A stretch of DNA of 64,000 nucleotides from Antedon mediterranea (lineage: Eukaryota; Animalia; Echinodermata): positions 27,004,912-27,068,911 of the forward strand of contig NC_092675.1 of NCBI RefSeq assembly GCF_964355755.1. The letters are read 5' to 3'. The position numbers were made by a program, and so were the translations under genes. Below, piece after piece: positions 1 to 13,900 of the stretch. Every line of letters starts with the position of its first letter. The stretch's first letter is position 1. The notes below the pieces were generated by a model. It ran no database searches. It saw only the letters and a program-made list of their open reading frames with translations, and was not told the origin of the DNA.

Positions 1-12
1 TGTAACTGTACA

Positions 13-1407
13 ATGATTGCTGTTAGTTTTATGCTGTTTGCACTGATTCAATGCTCCCTATCATGTCGGAGCACAACTGATTGCACTGAAACAGACGTGA
101 TTCCAACTGATTCAGTTGTGAAACCTCCTTCGTTGACTGTTGAGCAAGCAAGAATATTGAACAATCTCTATCGAGAACTTATGCAGCTACCATGCGATGA
201 ACGTCGGGATAGAGTCTATAACACGACGGTGCCGCCGATAAATTTGACTAACATCCAAGGGCTCGCGCTCTTAAAATTGTATCATGAATATTTTAAGGAG
301 ATGAGTCATAATAACAAAACGGGAAGCTGTTTTTTCGGTAAAAGAGCGTAAGTAAGTTTTCATAATTGCCTCTTTATTTAGCATCATGTTGTTGGTGTCA
401 TTCTAAATAATATATAATATAATATTAACACAATTTTTGTAGACCTTAGTTTGGTTAGATTTAACTTATTTTGTTTTATTTCACTTCAATGAAGGGCGGC
501 CAATATTAACGTGTGTTCACTGGAGGTTGTCAACGTAACTTTGAATCTGGCTTTGGATGGAAACGGAGTGCCAGTTTACATTCCTCAAGTAAGTTTTATT
601 GACACGCTAGGTCTTCTAACGAAATACTCTCATCTATATATAAATTATGGTTAATTCCTACATAGGCGAGCACAATGGAAAAAGAGAACGTCCTTCAAAC
701 CTTTTTACCCGAGTCATTATCATTCCGAGAACCATTATCTACACTTCCGAGCGAAGTATATACAAGTAGGCTACTTAATCTGCTCAGCTACTGTAAACCT
801 AAACTGGTATATATTAACTGATTTGACCTTTGTATAACACTTTTTAATAGGTACTATATAACTAATATGATTTTTTTCTTTAATTTTATTCAATGTTTGT
901 CTCTTTATAAAGCATGAAATGCTTGACGCTTAAGAAATACCCACAGAATCCGTAATTATAGTTGTAAATATTTGAGACTGTACTTTATTAAGCTACCGTA
1001 TAATCATCACGTTGTAAACTTATGACGAAACCCAAACATAAAGCTCTGACTAAACTATCAAACTAATTTGACAAATAACGTAGTGATATGACATCATCAT
1101 GTCCACATATGGGCACATCACATTTGTTTTGTCACGTAAAGTTTGATAGTGTAGACAGAGCCTAATAAAGAATAATTGTCATTAACAGATTCCAGATGCA
1201 AAACCACCAGTTTACAAATTCAAACAAACATTTCAAGAATACAAGTGTGTATCTGTCGAATGTGCTCCAGGCCTATCTTGCCAATGTTTGGAAAAACTTG
1301 GGCACAATGATCTCGCAGTCGTTAGTTATCTGGATGTACCAGCTGGAGAGAGCGCATTTTATGTTAAAAAAATACTGCTAAATGATTGCTCTGCATATAT
1401 TATGTAA
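13..1407 (+). CDS. Secreted neurotrophin/NGF-like (spaetzle/neurotrophin cystine-knot superfamily) precursor, 3 exons
   Basis: Exons 13-347 (signal peptide MIAVSFMLFALIQCSLS, pro-region ending FFGKR, donor gtaagt, phase 2), 495-588 (AANINVCSLEVVNVTLNLALDGNGVPVYIPQ, phase 0) and 1189-1407 (IPDAKPPVYKFKQTFQEYKCVSVECAPGLSCQCLEKLGHNDLAVVSYLDVPAGESAFYVKKILLNDCSAYIM*). Phases join in frame. The mature part matches the NGF pattern VC..A.D..G..V..FKQ.F.E.KC..C..C..A..I..C. Confidence 0.65.
1041..1163. mobile_element. Palindromic ~130-160 bp MITE, PIF/Harbinger (Tourist)-like, family 1
   Basis: TIR agctctg(t/a)cta(c/a)actatcaaa ... tttgatagtgtagacagagc, flanked by TAA-like sites. Other copies at 3217, 22458, 26054 and 30518. 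Confidence 0.75.
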
Positions 1408-1950
1408 ATGCCGGTCTACATAAAGCTTAACATGATACAGTATTTACTCTTATGACGATCGTATTAGCTTATAGGTTCTTAAGTAACCAGATATGAATAT
1501 TATCTACTTAAGTACTCGACTTCCATATGTACAATTAATCGTAATGTTCAATTTTGATAAATAACTTTTTATTTGACATAACTTGTTTCTTGTTTTAATT
1601 ACTTTTCGTTATTTATTTATTTTATTTCAACAATATTAATACAGGCCATCAATGTTGTAAATTAATTATTAATTTGATCTCGTTACTTTTTATTTGTTGG
1701 ATTGAGATCACGGTACAGCATAATAGTTCCATTTTAAAGTACTTACAATGTTGGACTACACAACGTTAAATATATAAATGTATAAAATATTAATAATGAT
1801 ACCTTACTAATTATACATAAATAGACGGACATTTGGGTTATATCCTAACTAAACTAAGTAACTGAAATAGGTTTACAAATAGACCACCATAATCTTTTCA
1901 ATTTACGGCAACATGTTTGCTTAATAGGCCTAATGGTTCTTTCTTTTCTG

Positions 1951-4900
1951 TCACTTCTTTCTTACAAAATTATTTTTTCTTTCTTCCTTTCTTTTGACTT
2001 TTTGAGAAAATAAATTCCATTTCCTCACAGGATCTACAACAAAACTTTCTATATCCACGTAGAGTACAGTATGTTTCATATAAACTTGGTCCGCACATGG
2101 GATTATTCACCACTCTGCACCCTGAAATAAACAATGTAATAGAACTACTGTTAATTGGCGGTGATTCGACTTATTATTTGATAACATGTTGGCACACATG
2201 GCGTTTAAAGTTTGCTTATAGAGATCAATCAATTTTGTTTTTATGTTCATATAATTCATTAGAATTATAAAGCTTTACATCTTGGATTTAATCAATACCG
2301 TTGTATAATCAATAAATAAATTTATTTGACGGTCCTAGACATTACACTAACCTTCATCACAAGACGGTTTGAGACACTGTTTTATTGTTTTTGGCTTAGA
2401 ATCATAGCACACATACTCGCTATCCGCATTCGATGGTTTGGAACACTTGACAGACCTCATTTTAACTCCCAGTCCACATGTTACCGAACACTGCAAAAAT
2501 TAAATAAATAAATAGATTCCAAACTTTCTTTTTTTCTACCTTACAGATACAAAGTTAATTAATTTTAGAACATTCGATATCAAAGAGAAAGCAAGCAAAA
2601 AGTAGTTTAGCTTTGAGCGTCTCTCAAAATTAGCTCTTCTGTAATGTATACGAAAAGTATCAAACATGGTAAGAGGTTTATAAATGAATGAATAAATCAA
2701 TCAAACAAAAAAAAACAACAAAAAAAAAAAAAAAAAAAAAAAAAAAAACAACAACAAATAAACAAACCTGAGACCATTTTCCTGTTTTCCAGTATGCAGG
2801 ACATGGTCTCTGATTACATGTTTTTGATACAGGTGGCGGAGACATTCCTTGACATCTGCTGGAACGTACAGATGTTTGTGTGCCGTTGTACAAGCGGACA
2901 CATTGTACAGACCGCGTTTGAATGCCACCAGCACCGCATCGCTTTGAACAACGTTGCCAACCCGTTGTTTCCCAAAGATACCTGCAAGGAAATTGTACAC
3001 CGTAATAAACAAAAAAGAAAATTAATCTACTTTGTAGGAGAGGTAAAGAAGGCTTTGACCGACTACATTTAGTTATTCAATGTGTGCAGGCCTAGGCCTG
3101 ATAGGAATTGTCCCATTATTATGTACGGACGGCAGATTCAGCGCCTACTACTGTATGTTCTAAAGGAAGTTAGAATGAAGAATAAAGGTAAGAAACGTAC
3201 AGATTGTAAATCTCGATCTACACTATCAAACTTTGTGACAAAAAAATGTGATGTACCCAAATATGGTAGTGATATAACGTCATCGTGTCCATATATTTGC
3301 ACATCACAATTTTTTTGTCACTCATAAAGTTTGATAGTGTACAGCCAGTTTTCTAGATTAGATTTCTATTATTATTCCTAATATAATAACACAAATGTTG
3401 TTAAAATAACGGACCTTGGCGAAGGACACTCTTCTTCATTGCAAGGCTTTCGGATAGACATTGGTGTAAAGATTTTGAAGTCGCACTTTGAATCATTTTC
3501 ACGATCACGGGTTTTTGTATTTCGGCACTCTTGCTGAAAATATCGCCAACCTAAAAATATAATAACGATTATAAAATGTGTTAGTTCGCCAAGTGTTTAT
3601 ATATGGCTACGGTCACACAACAGTATCAAGGCTGGCGCGACTTACCGCGATCGAGATTAAGCGAGACTTGAATTTTAAATTGGGCAGTCACACTATTAGA
3701 ATTTGGTTATACGTATAATTCGGGTTACAACGCACCATCCCCGCTCACTTATAGTTTTGCTTATCCGCTAAAATTGTTTTCATTCCGAATTGAAAGTACA
3801 AATTAATTATTAGTACCCACCTCCACCACACGTTTTTGTACACACTGTCCATCCATATGATTCCCATCTGTATAATGGTATAGCAACGGTTGTTTTTTGA
3901 GTTGTTGACGGGATTGTAGTTGCAATTGTAGTTGTAGGAATGGGTGTGGTCAAGTCTGGTTCATTAGGTATAACATACTGGTATCGTACTTCAACAAAAC
4001 GCGAATAGCCAACCGTTGAACTCACCTAAAGTAATAATAATACTAATAAATATGAATATGTATCATGGGTCTTTGTTGTTTCTCTTGGCAGACTGATCAA
4101 ATTGAAGACAGGAGTAGGGCCTATCTATAGTTTGCACATAATGTTTTGAATATAAGTGAGACTCTAAGACAATTTTACTGTACTGTACAGTTAAGTAGAA
4201 TAGGGGTTCCCGTTTACGCGGGAAGTACCGGTATTGTGTTTCCTAAATAGGGGTGTCAGATGTTTCATTTTTTCGTATTTATATGGTGTTGGATTATTTA
4301 GAGGCTAATATTACGAACTTGTGTAAAAACAATCAATGTTGGTTGAACGAGTTGTACTGTATCAGTCTCGTGAGTAAATAAAGTTTATATTTTATACAGT
4401 AATTATATTCCGTTGACTATTCAGTGATTTTAATAAAAATGTTGAAGTAGATAACAATTAAACGATATAATTATGTCATGAATCGATTGAAAGGTTGTGT
4501 AATAATAATTTCACCTACTATAACACGGATGGGTTTTAACAGTGGTCCTTTGGCGGCTATGAACTCCCTCTCTCTACCAAGTTCATACGCAAACCTCGTA
4601 CCAGCCCATACGGCAAATCCTGTAGTTTCATTTTTGTTAGAACTCTCGAAAACATAGTGGTTTGATACTATATCTTCAATAACTAAATAAAAAAATGGTA
4701 ATGTCGCAAATAAAAAAATGTATATACATACATTGTACACTTTATTGTATTATCTTATTCCATAGATAAGGATAAAAAAATTACCAAAAATAACATATAA
4801 ATTTCTTGGTTTAGATATGACTATTTCTCTTGCCCTTCTAGGAATTATCACAACACTTTCAGTACCATCTGAAAAGATATAAGTTCAACAATAACACTGA

Positions 4901-7900
4901 TATCGGACTAAACAAAACTGAAAATAGTTTAAATACTACGAATATCTTAACTCCAATAGTTTAGGAGATAAACGATAATTTTTAGAAACCCCTTTCTGAT
5001 ACGCCTATAGTTTAATGAATATGGTACCTGTGTATATAACATTCCTCATTTTTTAAATCAAATTAGTATTTGTATTTCGAGCATGGATTATTTTATAGTA
5101 GACTGATTTTTTTTACCTAATATTAGTAAAAAGATTAAATATTTTGGCCGTTTCGTACTGGTGGACTGAAATTTAAAAAAAAAGGCTTAAAGACAATACT
5201 ACAGACTTGTGAACGTCTAGGATGATTTCTGCCCCGTGAGACGTAAAGGAATAGAAATTTATAAACATCCGGAGCGGCGTAAATCCCACACCGCCCTCCC
5301 TCTACTTAAATTTTGAAATTACAAAAAATTGCAAAAAATACGAATAATATGAATAATATTCAGCACTTAATTTCATAATTTTATGTCCTATTTTAGCATC
5401 CTAGGCCGCCATCATTACTGACTTACATGGCACTATAATTCCATCAAACTGTCCCTGTTTCTGATGGCAAGACGAGCCATCTCCATCGCATACACCACAT
5501 ACGTCATGGACACGCTTCGAGCCTCTGATGCCATTGCAACCAACTAGCTAAATAAAACCAGGCAGGTATAAATAAAACAAACATAGCTTACATTAATTTA
5601 GACTTTAGGCCTTTGTAAATTGAACATTGAAGATGTTTATTTGTTTTTTACGGTTGCTTAGATGAAATCCCAAATTAAGTTAAATCAGAGAACTGTTTGT
5701 GATTTAACCAAAATTCACATAGTTACCAAGCAATTTCCATTGACACACACTGAATTAGTATCGTCGTAGTTACAACGTGTTCCATCGATAACATTTTGTC
5801 TTGTCTTGTTAATGGATCCGGTTAGAAGCGATGTACATGAAAGTTGGCACTGTTCCTTTGCAACTTCTGTTTTAAAAAAGACGATTATCTTTTATCGTTC
5901 TAACAGATTAGCTCGTAACGGAAATAATCAAAAATAATAGACAGTTATTGTCGGAAATATTTAAAGATAATAGACAGTGTCAAAACTATTCAAAGTATTG
6001 TAGTTACTTTTTTTTTAAATAATAATAATTTTTTTTGTGTCGTACCGTTACCAGTAACATATGGTACCCATAGGTTATCTACGTCATTGGAACGACGTCG
6101 GCACTGTAACTCCCGAAAATCTTCAGTCGGTCTGACGCAATCCTTATAAAAAAAAAAAACAATTAAGAGCATTGTTAATTAATTTAGAAAAGCATTGTTA
6201 ATGTTTTGTAATTCTAATCTTGAACCAAACCATGTCTTTTAAGTTCAGCCCCGTTTAGTAGTTCAATAAGAAAATTATGTTCTAAGCTTGATTCCCACCA
6301 AGACACTACGTAATGATGTAAGCCGCAACACAACCGAATCGACCAATCACAAGCGGCAGTTGGAATAATCCATCGCTTGTGATTGGTCAATTCGCTTGCG
6401 TGCGGCCTACGTACTTGCGTCGCATGCAAGTGGGAACCAAGCGTTACCGACCACATACAACCCATTTTTCTATTCATTTATCATATTAGAGGGCGTTAAT
6501 TGTCTATATTCATTATGTGCAACAACAATACTAAAATGTTTATTATATTAGAAGTACAGTAGGACTGCATTATACTTACGTCAGCATTGCAGAACCTGAA
6601 ATCTTTACTTTTACCTCTACATCTTCTGCCACCTTTGAGAGGCCTGTGAAATATAGCGTTTATTCTTAATCAAAATAGTAACTGATTATTTTAATCCCAT
6701 TCCAATTAATATCATCATCGGTGTCAATATATCATCAGAAAATGATCAGTAATCAGTTAATAGTATGAAGCATTAAAATGAAGATTCTTACGGTGGATTA
6801 TCACACCTCCTTGTCTTCTTACTAACACCAATCCCACACGATTTAGTACAAGGCCCCCATGCACTCCATGGACCCCATGCCCCATTCCGTTTCTTGTAAG
6901 CTAAGCATCGTCCTCCCAGGCACCACTATAAAGTACAGCAAAGTAATTAAAAATCAAACCTACGTATATATTAGTGTGTTTGGAGAGGCTATGAGCATAC
7001 ACTGTGCTGAAATCTATAGCCGATTACAATCATCAGATATGTTTTTGTAAACTGATTATATATTTGAATGAAGATCGATTGTATATTTAGATGAAGATCA
7101 TGTATAAACATAATTATAAGCATGGACGTGTACATCAATAAATATCAAATATAAAATGTTATACCCAAGAGTTCCTTCGCTATTTTAGAGCCTTCAGAGA
7201 TGATGGTGATTAAACAATTACGCTGTGAATTCCTTACTAATTTCTTAAAAGGGAACTCCGGGGTTAAAACGATTATTCTTATTTTAAAACATAAACCTGT
7301 CTGCACCACTTTTAAAAGTAGGGCTTATGTCACGCTCGTTCTGCTTTAGTCGGGTTGTTATCAATGTTGCTGCAGAGGGTTATATTTTATAACAATGTTG
7401 AATTCGGAGCTATCTTTAAAATAAGAATATAAGACCGTCATATGTATATCTACAATGTGACAGTGCAACTGCATCAGAGGTTGAGTTGGATAAGTGAACG
7501 AAAGTAAGCATATTATCATAGCATAGTCTGAAACATTATTTATAAAAGAAGATATAAGTTTTTTGAAGCGAGTGTAAAGATAAAGATAACTTACCATATT
7601 TGGCGCACATTGCGTACCATCTAATGGCGGCGAGCGCCGTTTCTCTGGAATACAATTCCGGCTTTCATCCGGATTATAACACAGTAGAATATTGCACGGG
7701 TCAGCCTAAAAAAAATGACACAGTAGTGTTAAAAACATTGACATTTTAAGCCTATATATTTATATTAATTGAGTAATGTGCTTGCACTTCTTAATCATTT
7801 GCCAACAGCGCAATCAATATTACAATAATGCAAATACCCTGTTTTCTATCGTAACCCATGGACAGGCAGTGTAGTTTCCACCGTAAATGTATTGACACTG

Positions 7901-10900
7901 TTCGTCTAAGGAAAATTTCTCTCCGATGTTCCTGTTCGGCTGTGGGTAAGGAATAGACAGCGGATAGTCCCGTAAACATCGGAATGATCTAGAAGAATTT
8001 AAAACACAAATGTTTGATATTAGACTAAAGTTGTTACCTTCATTTGCATCATGGAAAAGGGGATTCCAACCAAGTAATACCAAGGCCTAAATTAGAGTTT
8101 CTTCACAGGCCTACAATGTTACCGTAGTGTCTATTTAGCCACTATTTAGCCGTGATTTAGCTTTTAAGCCACGGGCTAAATAATAGTATAAAATCAAATA
8201 AACCACAATCATAAATACGCTACAATTATACTTACTTGATATCCTTTTGCATGGTTTCTCGACTACAATTTGACCAGAGATATCGAATGAATGTTGACCG
8301 AATGACTTTTGACATGATGCTACCACGGAAGATATCATCGGCGCATCCATTGTCATCATCATGCTTCAACCCGAGTCTGAAAATGGAAAGAATACTAATT
8401 ATTATAATAATAGCATTAAATTGTTAATCTTACAAATACAGAAAATACAAAAATGCATTCACGTTTTCTCTATTCGTTTGAAGCCGAATTACATAAAATA
8501 AATGACAGTACGAAACCGAAGGGGCCTTTTATAGGGGTAGTATCAGGTTGGAGTGACTAATAATGAGAATTGAATGCACCAAAAGCAACCCGCAGACAAG
8601 TAAATGAGATATAGGGTCTAGATCAAAGGGGAAGTGGACGCACCACAAACTCAACCCGCAGACAAGTAAATGAGATATAGGGTCTAGATCAAAGGGGAAG
8701 TGGACGCACCACAAACTCAACCCGCAGACCGCAGGTCGGTAGATATAATGACCAGGGCAAACAATTATGAAAATTTGAACACAAAGCAATCCGTAAATAA
8801 AGGGATATAGGACTAGGACAAGCAATTATGATAATTTGAACACACTAAAGCAATCCATAAAAGGGGATATAGGACTAGGACTAAGACAAGCAATTATGAT
8901 CATTTGAACACACTAAAGCAATCCATAAAAGGAGATGTAGGACTAGGACAAGCAATTATGATCATTTGAACACACTAAAGCAATCCATAAAAGGGGATAT
9001 AGGACTAGGACAAGCAATTATGATCATTTGAACACACTAAAGCAATCCATAAAAGGGGATATAGGGGATATAGAGACTAGAGAAAGCAATTATAAACATT
9101 TGAACGCACTGGAGCAATCCGCAGATTACAAGTAAAGGGGATATAGGGACTAGATCAAGCAAGGGAATTGGACACACCAACGCAATAGGCCTAAAGTAAA
9201 CTAGAACTGGACACAATAATAACACGGGCAACAACAAATGAGATAAATGACAAATGGGAATAACAGACAATAATAATAACCTGTGAGAGTGTGAGAGCAA
9301 GCAAAATGGTACAATTTAGAACTCACTAGAACTCCAGATAGCAATTGCATTTTTATAACACTTTTGTTAACATTTTATTATACCATATTTTTCTTTGTAT
9401 TTTTCTAAATTTGTTAAATGTCGGTGTTATTCTATCGTTCTAGTTGACAGGGGCTGGTCAAGCACATCACAAGATGACAGTTTTATACTTTTGCTTTTCC
9501 GCTACTCCCCTGTTATACTTATATGTTTGTTTTTTTGCTATGTAGAAAGATTGAAAATAAAAAAATAAAATAAATAAATGGTTGAGAAACTGTTATTCTT
9601 GGTATGACTCCAATAATCATGGTGACGAGACTTACAGGTGACCTATTTCCTGAGCGATTGCAAATGAGGTAGTGAAGCCTTCGTCTTGTACTAAAGCACA
9701 ACTTCTAAACTCGCTACACATCTGGCCATTTTGTTCATAACCTGCAATACAAAATATTAGCAAATTTGTTTTTTGAATTATTTTCGCAATAAAACATAAT
9801 ATAATGGGAGTTAAAACTACAATCAAGCCGAACTATGTATAACTTTGTAGGCCTGTCGTTTTTTAATATAGATCTATTCACAGAATCTGATGTTTAGCGT
9901 GACAATAGAGAGAAATGGGCCAGACGTATACAATTCAATGGAATCATAACAAACTGTTTGAGGTGATATTTTGATACAAATTTTGCAGTTTGTACACACT
10001 TTTGTGTACATCTTTCTTTAAAAAAAAACTTCCCTGCATACAAAAACATATCGCGATTCGCTATATTGTTTTACAGTGTGTACCCAACTCGCTAATTGGC
10101 GAGTTGGCGTGTCTGTTAAAAAATATACAACTTGCTCTAATCCCTCTTGGAAGTTACTTTGCATAGTTATGATAATAATTAATTCCCTTGTTTAACTTCA
10201 ATATATCACAACAATTTAACCGGAAGGTTCCCACACCACGATAAATATCGGCATAAGTCCTTCGACTCTCGGAGACTGTTTTTTTGGACACCACTTTAGT
10301 ACTAGAGAGGGTTTATCCCACGGACAAATTTGAACGAATTAATCCGACAAAGAGTGTTTCCTATTGTAATACAAATTTAAACGGCTGATATTGTAAGAGC
10401 ATGGATTAGTATAAAGCAGATACAGTATTGTAATATTCTCCGAAACCTTATTTTATATTTGACGAATTCCGCTCAGGGATAATATGAGATAGAATGTTTT
10501 GGTTATGTGTGTGTAAAGCAATTCAATACGCACACAAATTTATTTTTCTATAGGCCTATACTTATTTAAGTTTATGATGAATAATACTACCTTCTGTGTA
10601 GGAACTCAATTATTAAAACTGAAATAAAAGTTCAATCAGTCCCGCTTATCGTAGCAAGACGCACTAGTCACGGGTTTAATATTTTTCCGAGTGAGCCAAA
10701 TTTAGTACGATAAACATACATAATCGCTTAAAAACAAATTGACTAAATGCGAATGCACTAACCAGATTTTGAAAGTTCCTTCCGTGTAAGAAATAAGGCC
10801 AAATCATAATGATCTTCGCTTGCATCATCAATGTCTTGATTCATCCTAGCCCACGAGCACACTCTGCTACGACTCAGCTGTAAACTCGTCTTTACTATTT

Positions 10901-13900
10901 TGTTGGCCGACTGTATTAAAAAAAATTATTAATTTTAGATCTTGTTTTAAGTTCAAATTCATGAAAACCCCCTTTTTTACTGTTATTGTTTAAGGTTATA
11001 ATAATTATATCTGTTTTAAGTTAAATCATAACTGCATTCGTTAAGTTAAATGCCTTTTTGGTTCATTATCATATTGTTTTTTACATGTTTCTTACCTTAA
11101 TTAATTATGTTGCCTGGACCCCACATTTTAAAGCTTAAGCTTCCAGTGGGGTACACCTTTTCTCATTTATTATCTATTATTTTAGAAAATTTTAACTGTA
11201 CTTTGTTTTTATTTGAGAAATAAATTTATTATCGATTGATTGATAAAAAAAAGAATTATAAATTCGTTATTTAGAAAAGTGTACCGGTATATCACGGTAA
11301 ATATTTTAGCAATATATTTAAGGTATTTCATGAATAAGCGATCCATCGTCGTTCATAATTATACAAGATAGTATAGTAGTTACAAGTGACTAATCCGACA
11401 AAATGTATACAATGTATTAGTTGGGTAGGCCTATTTAACAATGTTAGAAAACGGATGAATACTTTGAATTAGTAATGCTAATCATACTAGTTACAACAGG
11501 ACTCCTCCTTCCTTCTTATAACGTATCGTATTATGTATAATGTAGTTAACAATGTTATAAAATGTTTCTATATCATGCCTACCAGCAGAGATAAAAACAA
11601 TCATTGTTACCTCTTGTTCACTCCAAAGAACTATTTTGGTGATGATAATTTGAATATTTATGCCGATAGTTTCATCTTGTAAGATCTCATTGACCTAAAC
11701 AAATAATAAGTAAATAATAAGTAATAGTATTAATAAATAATATACTATACTTTTGCTCTCTGAATTATTTACCTACAATTGATATCTGTTATACCTGTAA
11801 AGATTGTTCGCACTTAAGCTTGGTTCCCATTGGCGACGCGACGCAACGCAACCGACGCAACGTAAGAAAATTTCCTTCCAATAATTGTGTTTGTCCCCAC
11901 CTGCGTGAAATCAAACCTGCGATGTTTGCAGCACTGTTGCATAGTCGGTTCCCACTTCTGACTACGCAATACAGGACTTTGCGTCGATACCTCGCTGCGT
12001 TGCGTTCTAGTGGAAACCACGCTTTAGACCCAACGCAATGACGTTTAAAACGCATCGCAAGTAATTTAGATGGATGGATCACCCAAACTGTTAAGCTTGT
12101 CATTGGTCAACTCACTTGCGTTGTGCCTACGTCGTTGCGCTGCGTTCCAGGTAACGAGCCTAAACGCATGTGTGATTTGGACTATGCGTAATAATGATAA
12201 GTTGTTAATATTTTAAGAGAATGTTTGCTTACCTTGAATATCAGTGATTCTAAATATTCAGTCACGGTATCTTGGTAAAATTCACTCATACTAAATTCAC
12301 CAACAAGCAGTGTTTCGATATAACGGACCGGTCCTTTGAGGGACCGACGATTTCGTGCTCTTTGGACAGATTCTTTAATAAAATACAATGTAATTAAGAT
12401 GAACGAATAGTTACTCAAATTCTAGGCCTTATATGAATATTTGAATCAAGCATTTATATTGCCAACAATAATGATTTATTAACAGGCTTTTACTCACTTT
12501 CAACTGGATCACTAGTACTAGGCCTAGCACCGTCAACTGGATTTACTCCGTTATTATTTGCGTGGCAGTAAAGAACATGGGGGCAGCCATTTTGACGGCA
12601 CTGATCTTCATCATTTGTGACGTATTCAATTATACACGCATGGTCCCGAACTTTTATTACACCTTGCTGCAAAATTAATTGTAAGCAGTTGTTACATTAA
12701 CAGTCACACTAGGGAAGAGTGAAATTACTCTTCCCTAGTCGCACACACCCAACCCAAACCACACCATCTCCCACAACCCCCACAACATCCCCAACAACCC
12801 CTCTCCCACAACCTCCCCAACCCTCACAACCTCCCCAACCCCCACAACCTCTCCAACAACCTCCCAAACCCTCGCAACCTCCCCAACCCCCACAACCGCT
12901 CCAACACCCACAACCTCTCCAACACCCACAACCTCTCCAACACCCACAACCTCTCCAACACCCACAACCTCTCCAACACCCTCCCACACAACCCCACAAC
13001 CTCCCCAACACCCTCCCCGCCCCCCACAACCCCCGCAACCTCCCTATCTTAGTCTTCTATGTAGGGCTTAACAACTTGGTTCGACTTGTTTTGTATCGTC
13101 TTGTAGATTTTTCTTGTAAATTTTTCTTGTAAATTTCAATGTTTTTCTTCTCAATGGAATTTTTTTAGAAAATATTTAAAACAACTTACCATTCCATAAT
13201 TCACTTTTACTTCAACTGTTGAGAAGATTCCATTGATGTTCCCTGCATAATATCCATTGCCTATGTCGTATGTTGTTGAACGATTGTTCGAAGTTTTAAC
13301 AGAGAACATTTCCCTATTTTCAATTCTTACCAAGTCCATTGTATACTTAATATCGTAAATCTTAATAGTAATATATAATAACGGCACGTTTTCTGATAAA
13401 TCAAAACTAAGGAATTCACCATGTTTAGTTGATTTGTATGGTACAACAATTGTATCTGAAGGTAATAGAAAATAAGAAAGAACGATACGATATATTATTA
13501 CTGTGCTGTATGTCATGTTTTTAAACTGTATTTACCTCCTTGTCTGAGCCTATACCTATAATAATATACGAGTTTTCAAAACAACTGAGTTGTTATAAAT
13601 AAATACTGGTGGTGTCTTTATTAAACAAAAATCCATACATTTTGTGTGTGCAGCAGAAATTGGAAGAAAGACCTCTAATACCAAAGGTTCTCCAAAAAGA
13701 GTTATTTCGGCCAAATATATTTTTTTATTAATTTCAGTAGCCTACCTGATTTAAATAAAATATTTTCAATTTGGTCTACCTGAAAAAAAACCACATTTTT
13801 ATTAAAACATAATTTTAAATAAATTAGGCATAATTGTGTTTATGGTGATGATGATTATAAATTGAAATTTACTGAGAAGTGAATGTAATAAAAATGAATA

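Noticed and set aside
8529-9300. Hydrophobic ORFs on the minus strand
   Set aside because: They derive from intronic minisatellites between the two exons encoding the ADAMTS zinc motif.
11789-12103. Overlapping ORFs on both strands
   Set aside because: They coincide with a GC-richer palindromic MITE and have no transposase motifs.
12709-13132. Pro/Gln-rich and Gly/Cys-rich ORFs
   Set aside because: Translation of a C/A minisatellite inside an ADAMTS intron. The flanking exons join in frame without it.
13535-13555. 20-nt micro-exon candidate (tag|gtataggctcagacaaggag|gtaaa) in ADAMTS
   Set aside because: It would break the frame between the 34-nt exon and the 13455 exon, which already join in phase 1.
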